A stretch of 64,000 nucleotides of DNA, taken from positions 512,001 through 576,000 of the forward strand of contig CAVYXA010000001.1 of assembly GCA_963772365.1 (NCBI GenBank), written 5' to 3'. A program made the position numbers and the translations under genes. Positions 17,892 to 27,560 of the stretch are shown here, piece by piece. Source of the stretch: an uncultured Verrucomicrobiae bacterium (lineage in GTDB: Bacteria; Verrucomicrobiota; Verrucomicrobiia; Chthoniobacterales; UBA10450). The notes beneath the pieces were generated by a model. It saw nothing but the letters and a program-made list of their open reading frames with translations. It searched no databases and was not told where the DNA came from. Position 1 is the stretch's first letter; each line of letters begins with the position of its first letter.

Positions 17892-20581
17892 TAGCTAACC
17901 GTTGAGAAAGTTTTTCCCCCTCTTTCGACAATCAATTGGCGGAAACGTTGATTCTCTGGCAGTTCCAGATAAGGATCGATGGCGAAGATCGACATCGCTG
18001 CGCTCCGGGCTTTTCTCATGAGTTCCGCATCAGTTTTCAGGTTGCCGATCTTTAACGCCGGCAAACCGCTTTGGGCTGTGCCTAGCAAATCGCCCGGTCC
18101 GCGCAAGTCCCAGTCCGCTTCGGCCACTTCAAAACCGTTGCTGGTTTTTTCCAGCACGCCCAGCTTTTCCATTGTTTCCTCTGATTGATCCGAGGTTAAC
18201 AAAATGCAATACGATTTATGCTCGCCGCGGCCGATTCGACCCCGAAGTTGATGCAACTGGGCGAGCCCGAAACGCTCCGCGTTTTCCACAAGGATCACCG
18301 TAGCGTTTGGAACATCGACACCGACCTCGATTACGGTTGTGCTGATTAATGCGTGTGTTTCACCCCGGCGAAATCGCTCCATGATCTCCTGTTTCTCCGG
18401 GGCAACAATCCGGCCATGAAGCAATTCACAGCGAAACGGCTGCAATCGTTCCCGCCATGATTCATATTCCGCCGCGGCCGCTTTTGCGTCCAGCTTCTCG
18501 CTTTCTTCGATCAAAGGGTAAATCACGTAAAGTTGTCGCCCTGCTTCGAGCTGTTCTCGCAAAAAAGTCAAAATCTCAGGCAGTTTTAATCGGTCGCGAA
18601 TTGCCGTGACAATTTTTCCACGGTTCCGCGGCATTTCGTCGATCACCGAAACATCGAGATCGCCGTAAACCGTCATCGTTAATGTCCGCGGTATCGGCGT
18701 TGCCGTCATGACCAGGACATCCGGCGCCGGCTCCCGTTCCGTTAGTCGCGCCCGCTGCGCGACACCGAACTTGTGCTGTTCATCGATGACCACCAGCCCG
18801 AGATTCGAAAACACAACGCTTTCGTAAAGCAAAGCATGCGTGCCGACAATAATTTGCGGCTGGTCCACAGAAATCCGGGGAGCGCACGCTTGTAGCGTGC
18901 TGATCGCCGCATTCTGCGGCGACGAACTTTGATCCAGGCGCATCTCATCGTCAGGCGTCCAAACCCATGGATAATCTTCGCCTTGTCGAGCAACACCCGA
19001 ATCCCACGGATTCCGCAGGATGTACTGAAACTTCTCGACCAAATCACTGTCCGATCGAACGTAGCGATCGAACGTTTCTTTTTCCCAAACCGGACCCTGG
19101 TTTCCCTCCACTCGATTAATTTCGCGGGCGGAAAACGATTTTATTGACCTCATCAATTCGCTCAGCGACCAGAACGTCGTCTCGCCATCGATGGATTCGT
19201 CCTTCGGCCAGGGTTGAAATAGTGCGTGCACATGATCGGGCATGACACAGACGGCGAATAGTTCGTAACGCGAATTGTGAAAATGTCGCCACGCGTTCAG
19301 AACAAGCGTCCGCGCGTCCGCGTTCAATCTGCGTCGATGCCCAGTGGTGAAAGTAACTGCATAGATCGCCCACGGCTTTTCAAAATGTGGAAGACGCCTG
19401 CGCCCGTACCTCGCGCCGTCCGCTGATGGCCTCAAAGTTCGCGATGGCAGAATGCCATCACCAGCACGCTGCAAGCGTGCGCTCCCCGGCTCCCCGTGCG
19501 CAAACAACGGTAAGGGTCCGCTCTCCTCTTGGCGGGCAGCGGTCCGAAGCGCGATCCGGACGCCTAACGGTTCCAGCCAGCCCCGGAGCACGGAATAATG
19601 TTGCTCGGCCAGGATTTGTGTCGGCGCCATGAATGCGGCTTGATAGCCTGCTTCGATTGCAAGCAACATCGCTGCAATCGCGACTACGGTTTTGCCTGAA
19701 CCGACATCGCCCTGGAGCAGACGGTTCATGGGATGATTCGCAGCCAGATCATGCCGGATTTCCGCGATCACCTTTGATTGCGATCGCGTCAATTCGAATG
19801 GCAGCGCCCCAAGAAATTTCTCGAGAAGCACAGCGTTCCCACAATGCGCTTCGCCGGCTCGATTGGAAGATTCCGAGCGCCTTGCCGCGATCAGCATTTG
19901 CATGGCGAAGAATTCCGAGAGCACGAGATGCTCGCGCGCCTGGTCGCGCGCCTCCCAGGTTTGTGGAAAATGAATGGCTCGAAGCGAGGAAAGCCGGTCG
20001 CCCGTCGCGAGATTTTTCGGTAGTAACGTTTCCAGCGGCTGCTCGGAAAATTCGCTTAACAATTTGTAAATCATGCTGCGCAGGATTCGCTGCGAGAGAC
20101 CCTCCGTGGCGGGATAAATTGGAGTAATCCGTCGAAAATGGATCGACATCTCCGCGTCATCTTCGATTACCTCAAACTCCGGATGATCCATGCAAATCCG
20201 TTTCCCGCGCAGACGCGGCTTGCCGAAAACAACGAGCCGTTGCCCGGTCGCGATCATCTTCTGCACATAGTGGAGATTGAACCACCGGCAGACCAACGGT
20301 TCGCTTAGCACATGCGGATTCGATTCCTCAAGCGTGGCTTCGAAAATCTTTTTCCATCCGCCGAACCGGCGCAATGAAGTTTTGACGACCTCGCCGCAAA
20401 GACAAATGGGCCGGTCGCTTTCCTCACGCGGAAACTCATCGAACTGCTGTCGATCTTCCCAACGCCGCGGATAATGCGTGAGCAAATCTTCGACCGTCTC
20501 GATACCGAGCCGGCGAAGCGCCAGAAGCTTCGGACGCGCGATCCATTCGAGCGTTTCGAGTTTTTGTGAAATATCGATCAT
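17891..20581 (-). CDS. recG: ATP-dependent DNA helicase RecG with an in-frame RAYT insertion
   Basis: LLQGDVGSGKT, MAPTQILAEQH, IIVGTHAL, IDEQHKFG, MTATPIPRT, GLAQLHQLRGRIGRG, RGPGDLLG; extra 205 aa between motifs Ia and Ib. Confidence 0.95.
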   Translation of the reverse strand: MIDISQKLETLEWIARPKLLALRRLGIETVEDLLTHYPRRWEDRQQFDEFPREESDRPICLCGEVVKTSLRRFGGWKKIFEATLEESNPHVLSEPLVCRWFNLHYVQKMIATGQRLVVFGKPRLRGKRICMDHPEFEVIEDDAEMSIHFRRITPIYPATEGLSQRILRSMIYKLLSEFSEQPLETLLPKNLATGDRLSSLRAIHFPQTWEARDQAREHLVLSEFFAMQMLIAARRSESSNRAGEAHCGNAVLLEKFLGALPFELTRSQSKVIAEIRHDLAANHPMNRLLQGDVGSGKTVVAIAAMLLAIEAGYQAAFMAPTQILAEQHYSVLRGWLEPLGVRIALRTAARQEESGPLPLFAHGEPGSARLQRAGDGILPSRTLRPSADGARYGRRRLPHFEKPWAIYAVTFTTGHRRRLNADARTLVLNAWRHFHNSRYELFAVCVMPDHVHALFQPWPKDESIDGETTFWSLSELMRSIKSFSAREINRVEGNQGPVWEKETFDRYVRSDSDLVEKFQYILRNPWDSGVARQGEDYPWVWTPDDEMRLDQSSSPQNAAISTLQACAPRISVDQPQIIVGTHALLYESVVFSNLGLVVIDEQHKFGVAQRARLTEREPAPDVLVMTATPIPRTLTMTVYGDLDVSVIDEMPRNRGKIVTAIRDRLKLPEILTFLREQLEAGRQLYVIYPLIEESEKLDAKAAAAEYESWRERLQPFRCELLHGRIVAPEKQEIMERFRRGETHALISTTVIEVGVDVPNATVILVENAERFGLAQLHQLRGRIGRGEHKSYCILLTSDQSEETMEKLGVLEKTSNGFEVAEADWDLRGPGDLLGTAQSGLPALKIGNLKTDAELMRKARSAAMSIFAIDPYLELPENQRFRQLIVERGGKTFSTVS
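18875..19489 (-). mobile_element. REP-RAYT-REP element embedded in frame in recG
   Basis: 56-58 bp inverted repeats at 18875-18932 and 19432-19489 enclosing RRRLPHF...YAVTFTT...VMPDHVH...WEKETFDRYVR...YILRNP; 615 bp = 205 codons. Confidence 0.9.
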
Positions 20582-20672
20582 CGACCAGTAGAACCCAACG
20601 GGCACCTACTACGAGCGCCCACGTGCGCACAAATTTCAGATTCGAATATCGTTTTCATCACTCGCGGTTCCC

Positions 20673-20790
20673 CGTCATGTCCGCCACGGCGGATTCGTCC
20701 GGTGGCGAATTGAGCGGAGCGAACCATCTCTCGCCATTATTCAACGCCCGAAGAAATGATTGAAGATTCTTCGCTCCGCTCAGAATGACA
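20673..20790. repeat. GTCATTCTGAG-family palindrome with a nested GTCCGCCACGGCGGA mini-palindrome
   Basis: Ends GATTCTTCGCTCCGCTCAGAATGACA; TGTCCGCCACGGCGGATT at 20678-20695. Confidence 0.7.
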
Positions 20791-20840
20791 TTCGGGCCCG
20801 CGATTTCTCTTTGCAAAGTTCAAGAGCCGAGCTTTGCCGG

Positions 20841-22601
20841 TCATGGTCGCTCTGCCTCGCGAACGGCTTCAATCTGCATTCCGAGGAGCGTTTCACCTTC
20901 GTAATCATCAGCTCGAACTCGAAATGCGATGTCCCATGGCGCGCCAGGCAGTTCTTCGCTGCCCCCGTCAAAGAAAATTGCGCGCCGATGATAATTATTC
21001 TGACGCAGCCGCAAAATGAGATGCTTTTCGTTTACCACTCGCGGCGGCGCCACCGGTTCGACCTGTCGGGCAAGAAACAGGGGCGCGGGATTTCCATTGC
21101 CGAACGGTTGGAGCATCTCGTGCCACTTAAGGAATCCCAGATTGAGCTCGGAAAATGCGAGCTCGTGGTCGAGGCGCAAATCCGCCGCGGCGGACAACTG
21201 TTCGTCAGACAACAACTCGCGCGCGGCACTTCGGAAAGCCTTAGAGAAAGGATCGACATCTTCCTCTCGAATCACCAGCCCGGCCGCCATTTCGTGTCCG
21301 CCGAATTTTTGCAAACTACCGCGGCACCGATCCAACGCTTCCACCAGGTTCAATCCTTCAATGCTCCGACCGCTTCCTTTGCCAGTGCCATTCTCCTCGA
21401 ACCCGATCACAACCGTTGGCCGATGATACTTTCGTGAAATCCGCGACGCCACAATTCCGAGCACGCCCGGATGCCAGCCGCGTCCGCTCACAACAATGCC
21501 CGCATCGCGCAACGGATCGAAATCACGCGTAATCTGCTCGTCCGCGGCTGCAAAGATTTCCTTTTCTACCGTTTGTCGGTCGCGATTTTCTTTATCCAGA
21601 AATTCCGCCAGCGAAGCGGCCTCACTTTCGTCCGCGGTCAGCAAAAGCCGGAGCGATCGCTCCGCGTTGCTCAATCTACCAGATGCGTTCAAGCGCGGAC
21701 CGAGTCGAAAGCCAATGTGCTCGGTCAGGATTGGCGGACGGATACCGCTGACCTCGATTAATTTTCTCAAGCCCGGTCTTGTCGATCTTGTGATCTCAAT
21801 CGCTCCGCGTTGGCCGAAAATTCTGTTCTCAGCTTGGAGTGGGACGATATCGGCGACTGTGCCAAGCGCAACGAGATCAAGTTTCGATTTCAGATCGAAC
21901 TCGATCGGGCGGGTCTTCAGAAGAGCATGGCAAAGCTTAAAGACGATCCCGACGCTGCACAGATAATGAAACGGTGATTCCGGATCGATCTTCGGATTTA
22001 CGATCGCGACGCAACTTGGCAGGCCCGATTTCGGTTCATGATGATCGAGAACGATCACATCGACGCAGCGCGTGGTAAGATCGACAATCTCCGAGGCTGA
22101 TGAAGTCCCGCAATCGACCGCAATCAGAAGTTGCGGCTGATATTGCTCGAAGCAACGCTCGATGCTTTCCGGGCTTAGCCCATAGCCCTCTTCCATTCGC
22201 AGCGGCAGAAATAGTTCCGGCGACGCGCCGTACGCCCGCAGCATCTCTGCCAGCAACGCCACAGAAGTAACGCCATCAACATCGTAATCGCCGAAGAGAA
22301 CAATTGGTTCGCCTCGGTCGATCGCACCCAGAATTCGCACGACCGCTGCGTCCATATTGGGAAGCAGAAATGGATCACTGAGCGACTTCAATCGTGGCCG
22401 CAGAAATGTTTCGACTTCCTCGGTGGTGGCGAACCCTTTGCGCATCAATAACCGCGCGATACAATCCGACGGACAGATTTCGCTCCACGAAACCGCTCCG
22501 CTATTCAGCTCTTCGGGCGGCGCAATAATCCAACGGCTCTGCCGCGTAAAAGACCCACGCGGACTTTCGCCGATCGAATTCTCCTCTACGCGGCTTTGCA
22601 C
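20841..22601 (-). CDS. recJ: Single-stranded DNA exonuclease RecJ (start uncertain)
   Basis: GDYDVDG, EGYGL, VDCG, LDHH, LGTVADIVPL, GPRLNASGR, GSGRS, FGGHEMAAG. Confidence 0.95.
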   Translation of the reverse strand: MQSRVEENSIGESPRGSFTRQSRWIIAPPEELNSGAVSWSEICPSDCIARLLMRKGFATTEEVETFLRPRLKSLSDPFLLPNMDAAVVRILGAIDRGEPIVLFGDYDVDGVTSVALLAEMLRAYGASPELFLPLRMEEGYGLSPESIERCFEQYQPQLLIAVDCGTSSASEIVDLTTRCVDVIVLDHHEPKSGLPSCVAIVNPKIDPESPFHYLCSVGIVFKLCHALLKTRPIEFDLKSKLDLVALGTVADIVPLQAENRIFGQRGAIEITRSTRPGLRKLIEVSGIRPPILTEHIGFRLGPRLNASGRLSNAERSLRLLLTADESEAASLAEFLDKENRDRQTVEKEIFAAADEQITRDFDPLRDAGIVVSGRGWHPGVLGIVASRISRKYHRPTVVIGFEENGTGKGSGRSIEGLNLVEALDRCRGSLQKFGGHEMAAGLVIREEDVDPFSKAFRSAARELLSDEQLSAAADLRLDHELAFSELNLGFLKWHEMLQPFGNGNPAPLFLARQVEPVAPPRVVNEKHLILRLRQNNYHRRAIFFDGGSEELPGAPWDIAFRVRADDYEGETLLGMQIEAVREAERP

Positions 22602-22693
22602 CGATCACTCTATTCGCTTGCCATTCGCTGACAAGATCGATGGGAAGAGTGGAATCCGTCGTAAGTACTCTTACCCATAAAAAGGACCCAAGT

Positions 22694-22768
22694 GCTGTAG
22701 CGTCCGCTGTCACAGCGGATTCCCCTCGCTGGACCAGCTCAGTGCGCTGAGACAGCGCACGCTACAGC
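22694..22768. repeat. GTAG-type REPIN (TGTAGCGTCCGCTGTC...GACAGCGCACGCTACA)
   Basis: Inverted REP pair; related copies at 28926-28990, 33709-33799 and 37316-37341. Confidence 0.8.
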
Positions 22769-22829
22769 CTAAGCTCGGTCCTCAGCGCAACCGAAGGCTT
22801 CAAAATGACAAGAGATTGGAAGGCTGCGT

Positions 22830-23519
22830 TTAGCCAATAATCCAGGTTAGTTCGCCCGCAGTCGGATTCACCCGGGAGGCGGGAAATTGCGGATCGCCTT
22901 GCAACACTTTCTCGATCAACTCGGAATTTTTCGCAGCGTTAACGAGAAAACAAATATGACGCGCCTGATTGATCAGCGGAAAAGTGAAGGTCAATCGCCA
23001 CACGTTAAGCTTCGGGACAAAATTTGCCACCACGCGCCGAGCCACCTCTTCGAGTGCGGCTGTTTCGGGAAACAGCGATGCCGTGTGACCATCATCACCG
23101 AGTCCGAGCAAGATCAGATCGTGGCGATAAATTGGCTCGCCCCGTTGTGTAGCCAGAAGATCGACATGGTCCTGGTAATCTTCCGCCGCGATTCCCGGAT
23201 CAAGTTCCCCGCGCATACGCACGATCGATTTCTCGGGAATATCGTCCGGGACAAAAAGCGTCTCGCGCGCCATTCGATAATTGCTTTGTGGATCGTCAGG
23301 CGGAACACAGCGCTCGTCTCCGAAAGTGAACAGAGTTCTTTCCCACGGAAAATCGGTGGCCAACCTCGCAATCTCTGCATAAACCGGCCGCGGAGTGTTC
23401 CCGCCGGAAAGTCCGATCCGGAATTCATTTCGCTCGCCCATCGCCCTGTGCGCCTGTTCGATGATGAAAGTGGCAGCGTCAGCCACGAAATTTTTGGTCC
23501 GAATAATCTCGCCAGCCAT
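22830..23519 (-). CDS. pgl: 6-phosphogluconolactonase
   Basis: LSGGNTP, GDERCVPPDDPQSN, LLGLGDDGHTASLFP, RLTFTFP. Confidence 0.95.
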   Translation of the reverse strand: MAGEIIRTKNFVADAATFIIEQAHRAMGERNEFRIGLSGGNTPRPVYAEIARLATDFPWERTLFTFGDERCVPPDDPQSNYRMARETLFVPDDIPEKSIVRMRGELDPGIAAEDYQDHVDLLATQRGEPIYRHDLILLGLGDDGHTASLFPETAALEEVARRVVANFVPKLNVWRLTFTFPLINQARHICFLVNAAKNSELIEKVLQGDPQFPASRVNPTAGELTWIIG

Positions 23520-23584
23520 TAGGCGTTTAAATTCGGGCAAACAAGAATTTCCGTCTAGTCCTCAGTATTGCGTCGTGAATAAAT

Positions 23585-23617
23585 AAAAAGAAGGCACCGG
23601 GTTTGCGCCCGGTGCCT
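23585..23617 (-). terminator. Rho-independent terminator of the PEP-CTERM gene
   Basis: AGGCACCGGG-TTTGCG-CCCGGTGCCT with an adjacent A-run on +. Confidence 0.85.
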
Positions 23618-23639
23618 CCAACACATTCGATTTCTGTAA

Positions 23640-24356
23640 TTAGGCCTTTTTGATTCGCCGTCTAAAGAGTCCCACGCCGGTCAAAGCTATCCCTAAGAGC
23701 ATCACAGTTGTTCCGCCGTCTGGGGTTGCCAGAGGGCTGGCATCGAGAGCGATATTGTCGAAATTCGCTTGCCCCAGGAAATCCGGCCTAAGCGACCCCA
23801 GCCTGATAACTATATTCTGGCCCAAGTCGGTGCCGACGTCAGTGAACGTCAGCGTCCAAGCACCAAAAGTCCCCTGAGTTGGTTCGGGAATCGTGTAGGT
23901 TGCGAGGACATCCCCGTTTGCCGCTTCCAGTTGGGCGTAAGCTGGCGCACCATTACCGAAATCCAATCGCCAACCCAGCGCGCCGGTTAGTGTGTAAGTA
24001 GTATTGGCAGCAAGTGTCGCCGTCAATGTTTGATAAATCGATCCGGTTCCATTCATGTACGCCACGTTAACGCCATCAGCTGGGGCGGGAAGGGTCCCGG
24101 GACTACCGGTTGTTCCTGCATACTGTGCGTTTCGTGGATTGAACGTGCCCCAGCCATCCGTTGTAGAATGGGACCAGCCGATTATGTCGCTGATGGCAGC
24201 GCCGTCCGCCAGCACGTTGGCCTCGAAACTGGCATTAACAATTGCGACAGGTACTGCCCCTGCCTTTTGCGGGCCGAGCAAAAAAGCAGCAGCCAGCATA
24301 CATACCAGGGCTAGCGGGGAGCCCCCACTACAGATCAATCGATTAGTTGTTTTCAT
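23640..24356 (-). CDS. VPDSG/PEP-CTERM sorting-domain surface protein
   Basis: Signal peptide; C-terminal TPDGGTT, TM helix, then RRRIKK. Confidence 0.88.
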   Translation of the reverse strand: MKTTNRLICSGGSPLALVCMLAAAFLLGPQKAGAVPVAIVNASFEANVLADGAAISDIIGWSHSTTDGWGTFNPRNAQYAGTTGSPGTLPAPADGVNVAYMNGTGSIYQTLTATLAANTTYTLTGALGWRLDFGNGAPAYAQLEAANGDVLATYTIPEPTQGTFGAWTLTFTDVGTDLGQNIVIRLGSLRPDFLGQANFDNIALDASPLATPDGGTTVMLLGIALTGVGLFRRRIKKA

Positions 24357-24386
24357 AGCTTAGTTCCAGTCTTACAGAAAATTAAA

Positions 24387-24403
24387 AGCAAAGCATATAC
24401 CAA
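24387..24403 (-). promoter_or_regulatory. Sigma-54 (-24/-12) promoter
   Basis: Minus strand TTGGTATATGCTTTGCT = GG-N10-GC, about 30 bp upstream of the PEP-CTERM ATG. Confidence 0.7.
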
Positions 24404-24513
24404 TTGGTTTTTTTGCTTTAACCGTACAACCTGAATTGGTTTGCGATCATGCACTTACGGACAAAGAAATTTTTGCCGTTCAAAAAATAGCGTCCCTATT
24501 TTCGGAGGAAAAT

Positions 24514-24530
24514 TGTAAAAATACCCGACG
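24514..24530. promoter_or_regulatory. Candidate enhancer-binding-protein site upstream of the sigma-54 promoter
   Basis: TGTAAAAATACCCGACG, about 110 bp upstream of -24; resembles the TGT...ACA motifs described upstream of PEP-CTERM genes. Confidence 0.45.
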
Positions 24531-24625
24531 TTTTTTGGCGATCTGCGTTTAAACCTTACCCGTTTTATCGGGACGCTTATCGCGTTACCACGTGGGTTCG
24601 ATAGCTGTTCGGCGACCACTAAATC

Positions 24626-25099
24626 TCAGATCGCGCAATGGGTCTGGCCGTGTTTCTCCAGATAACGTTGATGATATTCCTCGGCCGGCCAGAATTTCTG
24701 AGCCGGTTCGATTTGGGTCACGATCGGACGTTTGAACCGGCCACTGTTGTCCATTTTTTCCTTCGAAGCTCCAGCGGCGGCTTTCTGTTCGGGCGAATGA
24801 TAAAAAACCACTGACCTATATTGCGTGCCCATATCCGGGCCCTGGCGATTCAACGTTGTTGGATTGTGGTTCGACCAAAAAACATCGAGCAACTGGTCAT
24901 ACGTGACCTGTGATGGATCGAATTCCACTTCCACGACTTCGGCATGTCCCGTCTTATCCGTGCATACGTCCTGATAGGTCGGATCCTCCTTTGTCCCGCC
25001 GGCGTAACCGACTGTTGCATTGGTCACGCCTTTGACCTGTCGAAATATTGCTTCTACGCCCCAGAAACATCCTGCACCGAACGTCGCTTTTTCTGTCAT
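24626..25099 (-). CDS. msrA: Peptide-methionine (S)-S-oxide reductase
   Basis: [36 protein letters not shown]. Confidence 0.97.
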   Translation of the reverse strand: MTEKATFGAGCFWGVEAIFRQVKGVTNATVGYAGGTKEDPTYQDVCTDKTGHAEVVEVEFDPSQVTYDQLLDVFWSNHNPTTLNRQGPDMGTQYRSVVFYHSPEQKAAAGASKEKMDNSGRFKRPIVTQIEPAQKFWPAEEYHQRYLEKHGQTHCAI

Positions 25100-25147
25100 G
25101 ACATGATCATCCGGCGGAAATCTTTTTCGCGCAAGGAAACCATCGCT

Positions 25148-25271
25148 TGTAGCGGATGTCGGGCAGCTTGGCTGACTCGGCCGCCAGACTGCTAGCCTGG
25201 CGAAACGGATGCAGGCTAGCAGCCTGCTCGCCGAGTCAGGCTGGCAGCCTGACATCCGATGGCCCGCTACA
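25148..25271. repeat. GTAG-bounded REPIN-like palindrome
   Basis: TGTAGCGGATGTCGGGCAG ... GGCAGCCTGACATCCGATGGCCCGCTACA; shares GCCGAGTCAGGC with 209-312. Confidence 0.7.
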
Positions 25272-25280
25272 GGTTTTGAG

Positions 25281-25931
25281 TCAACGCGTGACAACGAATT
25301 GTCGATCCGGCGCTTCCTTTTCGTTCAGGATCGACATCTTCTTCACCCACATCAATTCGCATGCGCCGTTTCCAGAATCGGTGCGAGTGAGGGAACTTTT
25401 CCATGCATTGATATTGGGGCCGCTGGCTTCTACCAGGTCGCCGTCGAGCCGGACCAGCGACCCGACGCGCAGCCATTTGCAACGCCGCGCAATCTGCGAA
25501 GTGGAAGGAATGATGTGAATGTTTGTGCTGTGCGAAATAATTTCGTCCTTGGGAATCGGTGGCTGCCGTGGCCAATGGTACCAGTAGAAGCGTCCGCTCT
25601 GCGTAATGGACAACTGATCCAAAACCCGCTGGTCCGACATCGATCCCCAGCCGAGGGCAAGATCGACAGGGACCAGCGCCGATTCTTTGTCGAAATGATA
25701 AACCTTTCGGTGCAACACACGCGCTTCGATCGAAAAAACCGCCAGCGGTTTGAGTCGAAAACGGCCATGCTGAAATGCACGGGTATCTGCCGGGAGATTA
25801 ATTTGACTCGGATCGGTCTTGATCAATACGCCGGGCGGATAAGCGAGTGGTCGCAAGAAATTCCAGTAGCCGCCGGCTGCGATGATTAAGAACAGAACGA
25901 CACCGATTGATTTGCCAAACCTCACTCGCAC
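25281..25931 (-). CDS. Hypothetical membrane-anchored protein
   Basis: N-terminal TM helix; plausible globular domain ([35 protein letters not shown]). Confidence 0.7.
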   Translation of the reverse strand: MRVRFGKSIGVVLFLIIAAGGYWNFLRPLAYPPGVLIKTDPSQINLPADTRAFQHGRFRLKPLAVFSIEARVLHRKVYHFDKESALVPVDLALGWGSMSDQRVLDQLSITQSGRFYWYHWPRQPPIPKDEIISHSTNIHIIPSTSQIARRCKWLRVGSLVRLDGDLVEASGPNINAWKSSLTRTDSGNGACELMWVKKMSILNEKEAPDRQFVVTR

Positions 25932-26022
25932 AACAGGAGCAGTTTCGGTGCGCGCTCACTTTTCGTCGCGCTGTTTCTTGATTTTCTTCGCTTGATCTGC
26001 TGCGATGATCATGGCGCGCCAC

Positions 26023-26337
26023 ATGAAATTTCAGTGTAGCCGTGTAATTCCAGCGGATCATCCCAGTTTACCCGGGCATTTCCCCCGGCACCCGATCGTT
26101 CCGGGTGTAGTAATTCTCGATGAAGTATTTGCCGCTTTGCGCGATTGGCAGGAATCAATTTCAGTGAAGACGATTCCCTCAGTGAAGTTTCTGGTTCCCC
26201 TCAAACCGGAGCAACCTTTCACAATCAGCTTTTGCGAAATGGATCATAACCAGATTAGCTTTTCCTGTCGTGTGGAGAGTCAGGTAGTGGTTCAAGGCCA
26301 GATAGGAATTGATCGCAAGGCCGGCTCAAATTCATGA
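26023..26337 (+). CDS. FabA/FabZ-like hot-dog dehydratase
   Basis: HPSLPGHFPRHPIVPGVVILDEV, VKFLVPLKP. Confidence 0.8.
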   Translation: MKFQCSRVIPADHPSLPGHFPRHPIVPGVVILDEVFAALRDWQESISVKTIPSVKFLVPLKPEQPFTISFCEMDHNQISFSCRVESQVVVQGQIGIDRKAGSNS

Positions 26338-27560
26338 ATACATCGACATCGGAACCGCTTCTCTTCAAGTTCGCAGAGCGCGATCCACGTCTGGCGGAGT
26401 GGCTCAAAGCTTATCCGGTCTCGGTTTTTAGCGAGCATTCCTACCAGAGCATCGAACTCATGGAGCGATACAGTATCGAGCTCGCTGGCAGATTACTGGA
26501 CGAGCTCGGCTTGATCAGTCTGCTCCAAGACTGGAGGTCGCCCGAGGAGCTTTGCCAGGTGCGATCGTTTCAGCCTGGGTTTCGTTTCGCTTTGAATTGG
26601 ATTTTGCGCCGGCTGGATAAAACCGGCTGTCTCGAGATGCGTCACGACGGCGAGACTCCGCGTTATCATCTGCGAGGCGCACCCAAGCTGGCCGGCATAG
26701 ATCAGCTGCGGGCGATGGGCATTAGCATCAATCCTGCGAACGTGGCCACGTTAGATCTGCTTGATCACGCGGCGAATCTTTATCCCGCTGTAGCACGAGG
26801 TGAACAGAGCGGTGAGGCAGCATTGTTCGATTCTCATGGAATCGGGTTATGGCTGAATTACTTCAGCAATGACAATCTCACCTACGCTGTGAATAATTGG
26901 GTGGGAGGAGTAGTCGCGGCAAACCGGCTTTCTGATCGAACCCGCTTGCGAATTCTGGAATTGGGCGCGGGCGCCGGAAGCGGCACCGAAATCCTGCTCC
27001 ATTGCCTTGAGGAACGTGGACTTCTCCGTCACATAGAACGTTATGTTGTCACCGAGCCGAATGCGTTTTTTCGCCGGCGCGCTCAACGTGAAGTAAGTCG
27101 CCATTATCCCAATGTCCCAATGGAATGGAGGGCGCTGGACATCAACCTGTCTTGGGAAAACCAGGAGATCGCTCGAAACTCATTCGATCTGGTTTACGGA
27201 GTGAACGTGCTCCACGTCTCGAAAAACTTGGCTTTTACGCTTAACCAGGCGCGATCATCCTTGGCAGATCACGGCTGGTTAGTCATGGGGGAATGTTTGC
27301 GGCCATTTGCAGATCAGGCGATTTATCCCGAGCTGATGTTTCAGATTCTGGAGAGTTTTACCGACGTCGAGCTCGATCCTGAGGTTCGCCCGAACCCGGG
27401 TTTTCTTACTGCGGAGCAATGGCGTCGGGCGTTTGTGCATGCCGGTATCCAGCGAGTCGAAGTCGCTCCGGATGTCGAAAAGATTCACCGAGTCTATCCG
27501 CATTTTTTCACCGGAGCCATCTGTGGACAAGACAGCGCCAGCGGAAATCTCTTCGGTTAA
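26334..27560 (+). CDS. Class I SAM-dependent methyltransferase (PKS cMT-like)
   Basis: RILELGAGAGSGT, FDLVYGVNVLHV, GWLVMGE. Confidence 0.8.
   Translation: MNTSTSEPLLFKFAERDPRLAEWLKAYPVSVFSEHSYQSIELMERYSIELAGRLLDELGLISLLQDWRSPEELCQVRSFQPGFRFALNWILRRLDKTGCLEMRHDGETPRYHLRGAPKLAGIDQLRAMGISINPANVATLDLLDHAANLYPAVARGEQSGEAALFDSHGIGLWLNYFSNDNLTYAVNNWVGGVVAANRLSDRTRLRILELGAGAGSGTEILLHCLEERGLLRHIERYVVTEPNAFFRRRAQREVSRHYPNVPMEWRALDINLSWENQEIARNSFDLVYGVNVLHVSKNLAFTLNQARSSLADHGWLVMGECLRPFADQAIYPELMFQILESFTDVELDPEVRPNPGFLTAEQWRRAFVHAGIQRVEVAPDVEKIHRVYPHFFTGAICGQDSASGNLFG

Noticed and set aside
18875..19489. Intein or group I/II intron in recG
   Set aside because: No N-terminal Cys/Ser or C-terminal His-Asn at the boundaries and no LAGLIDADG or reverse-transcriptase motifs. 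The non-RAYT part of the insert is too short for a ribozyme core.
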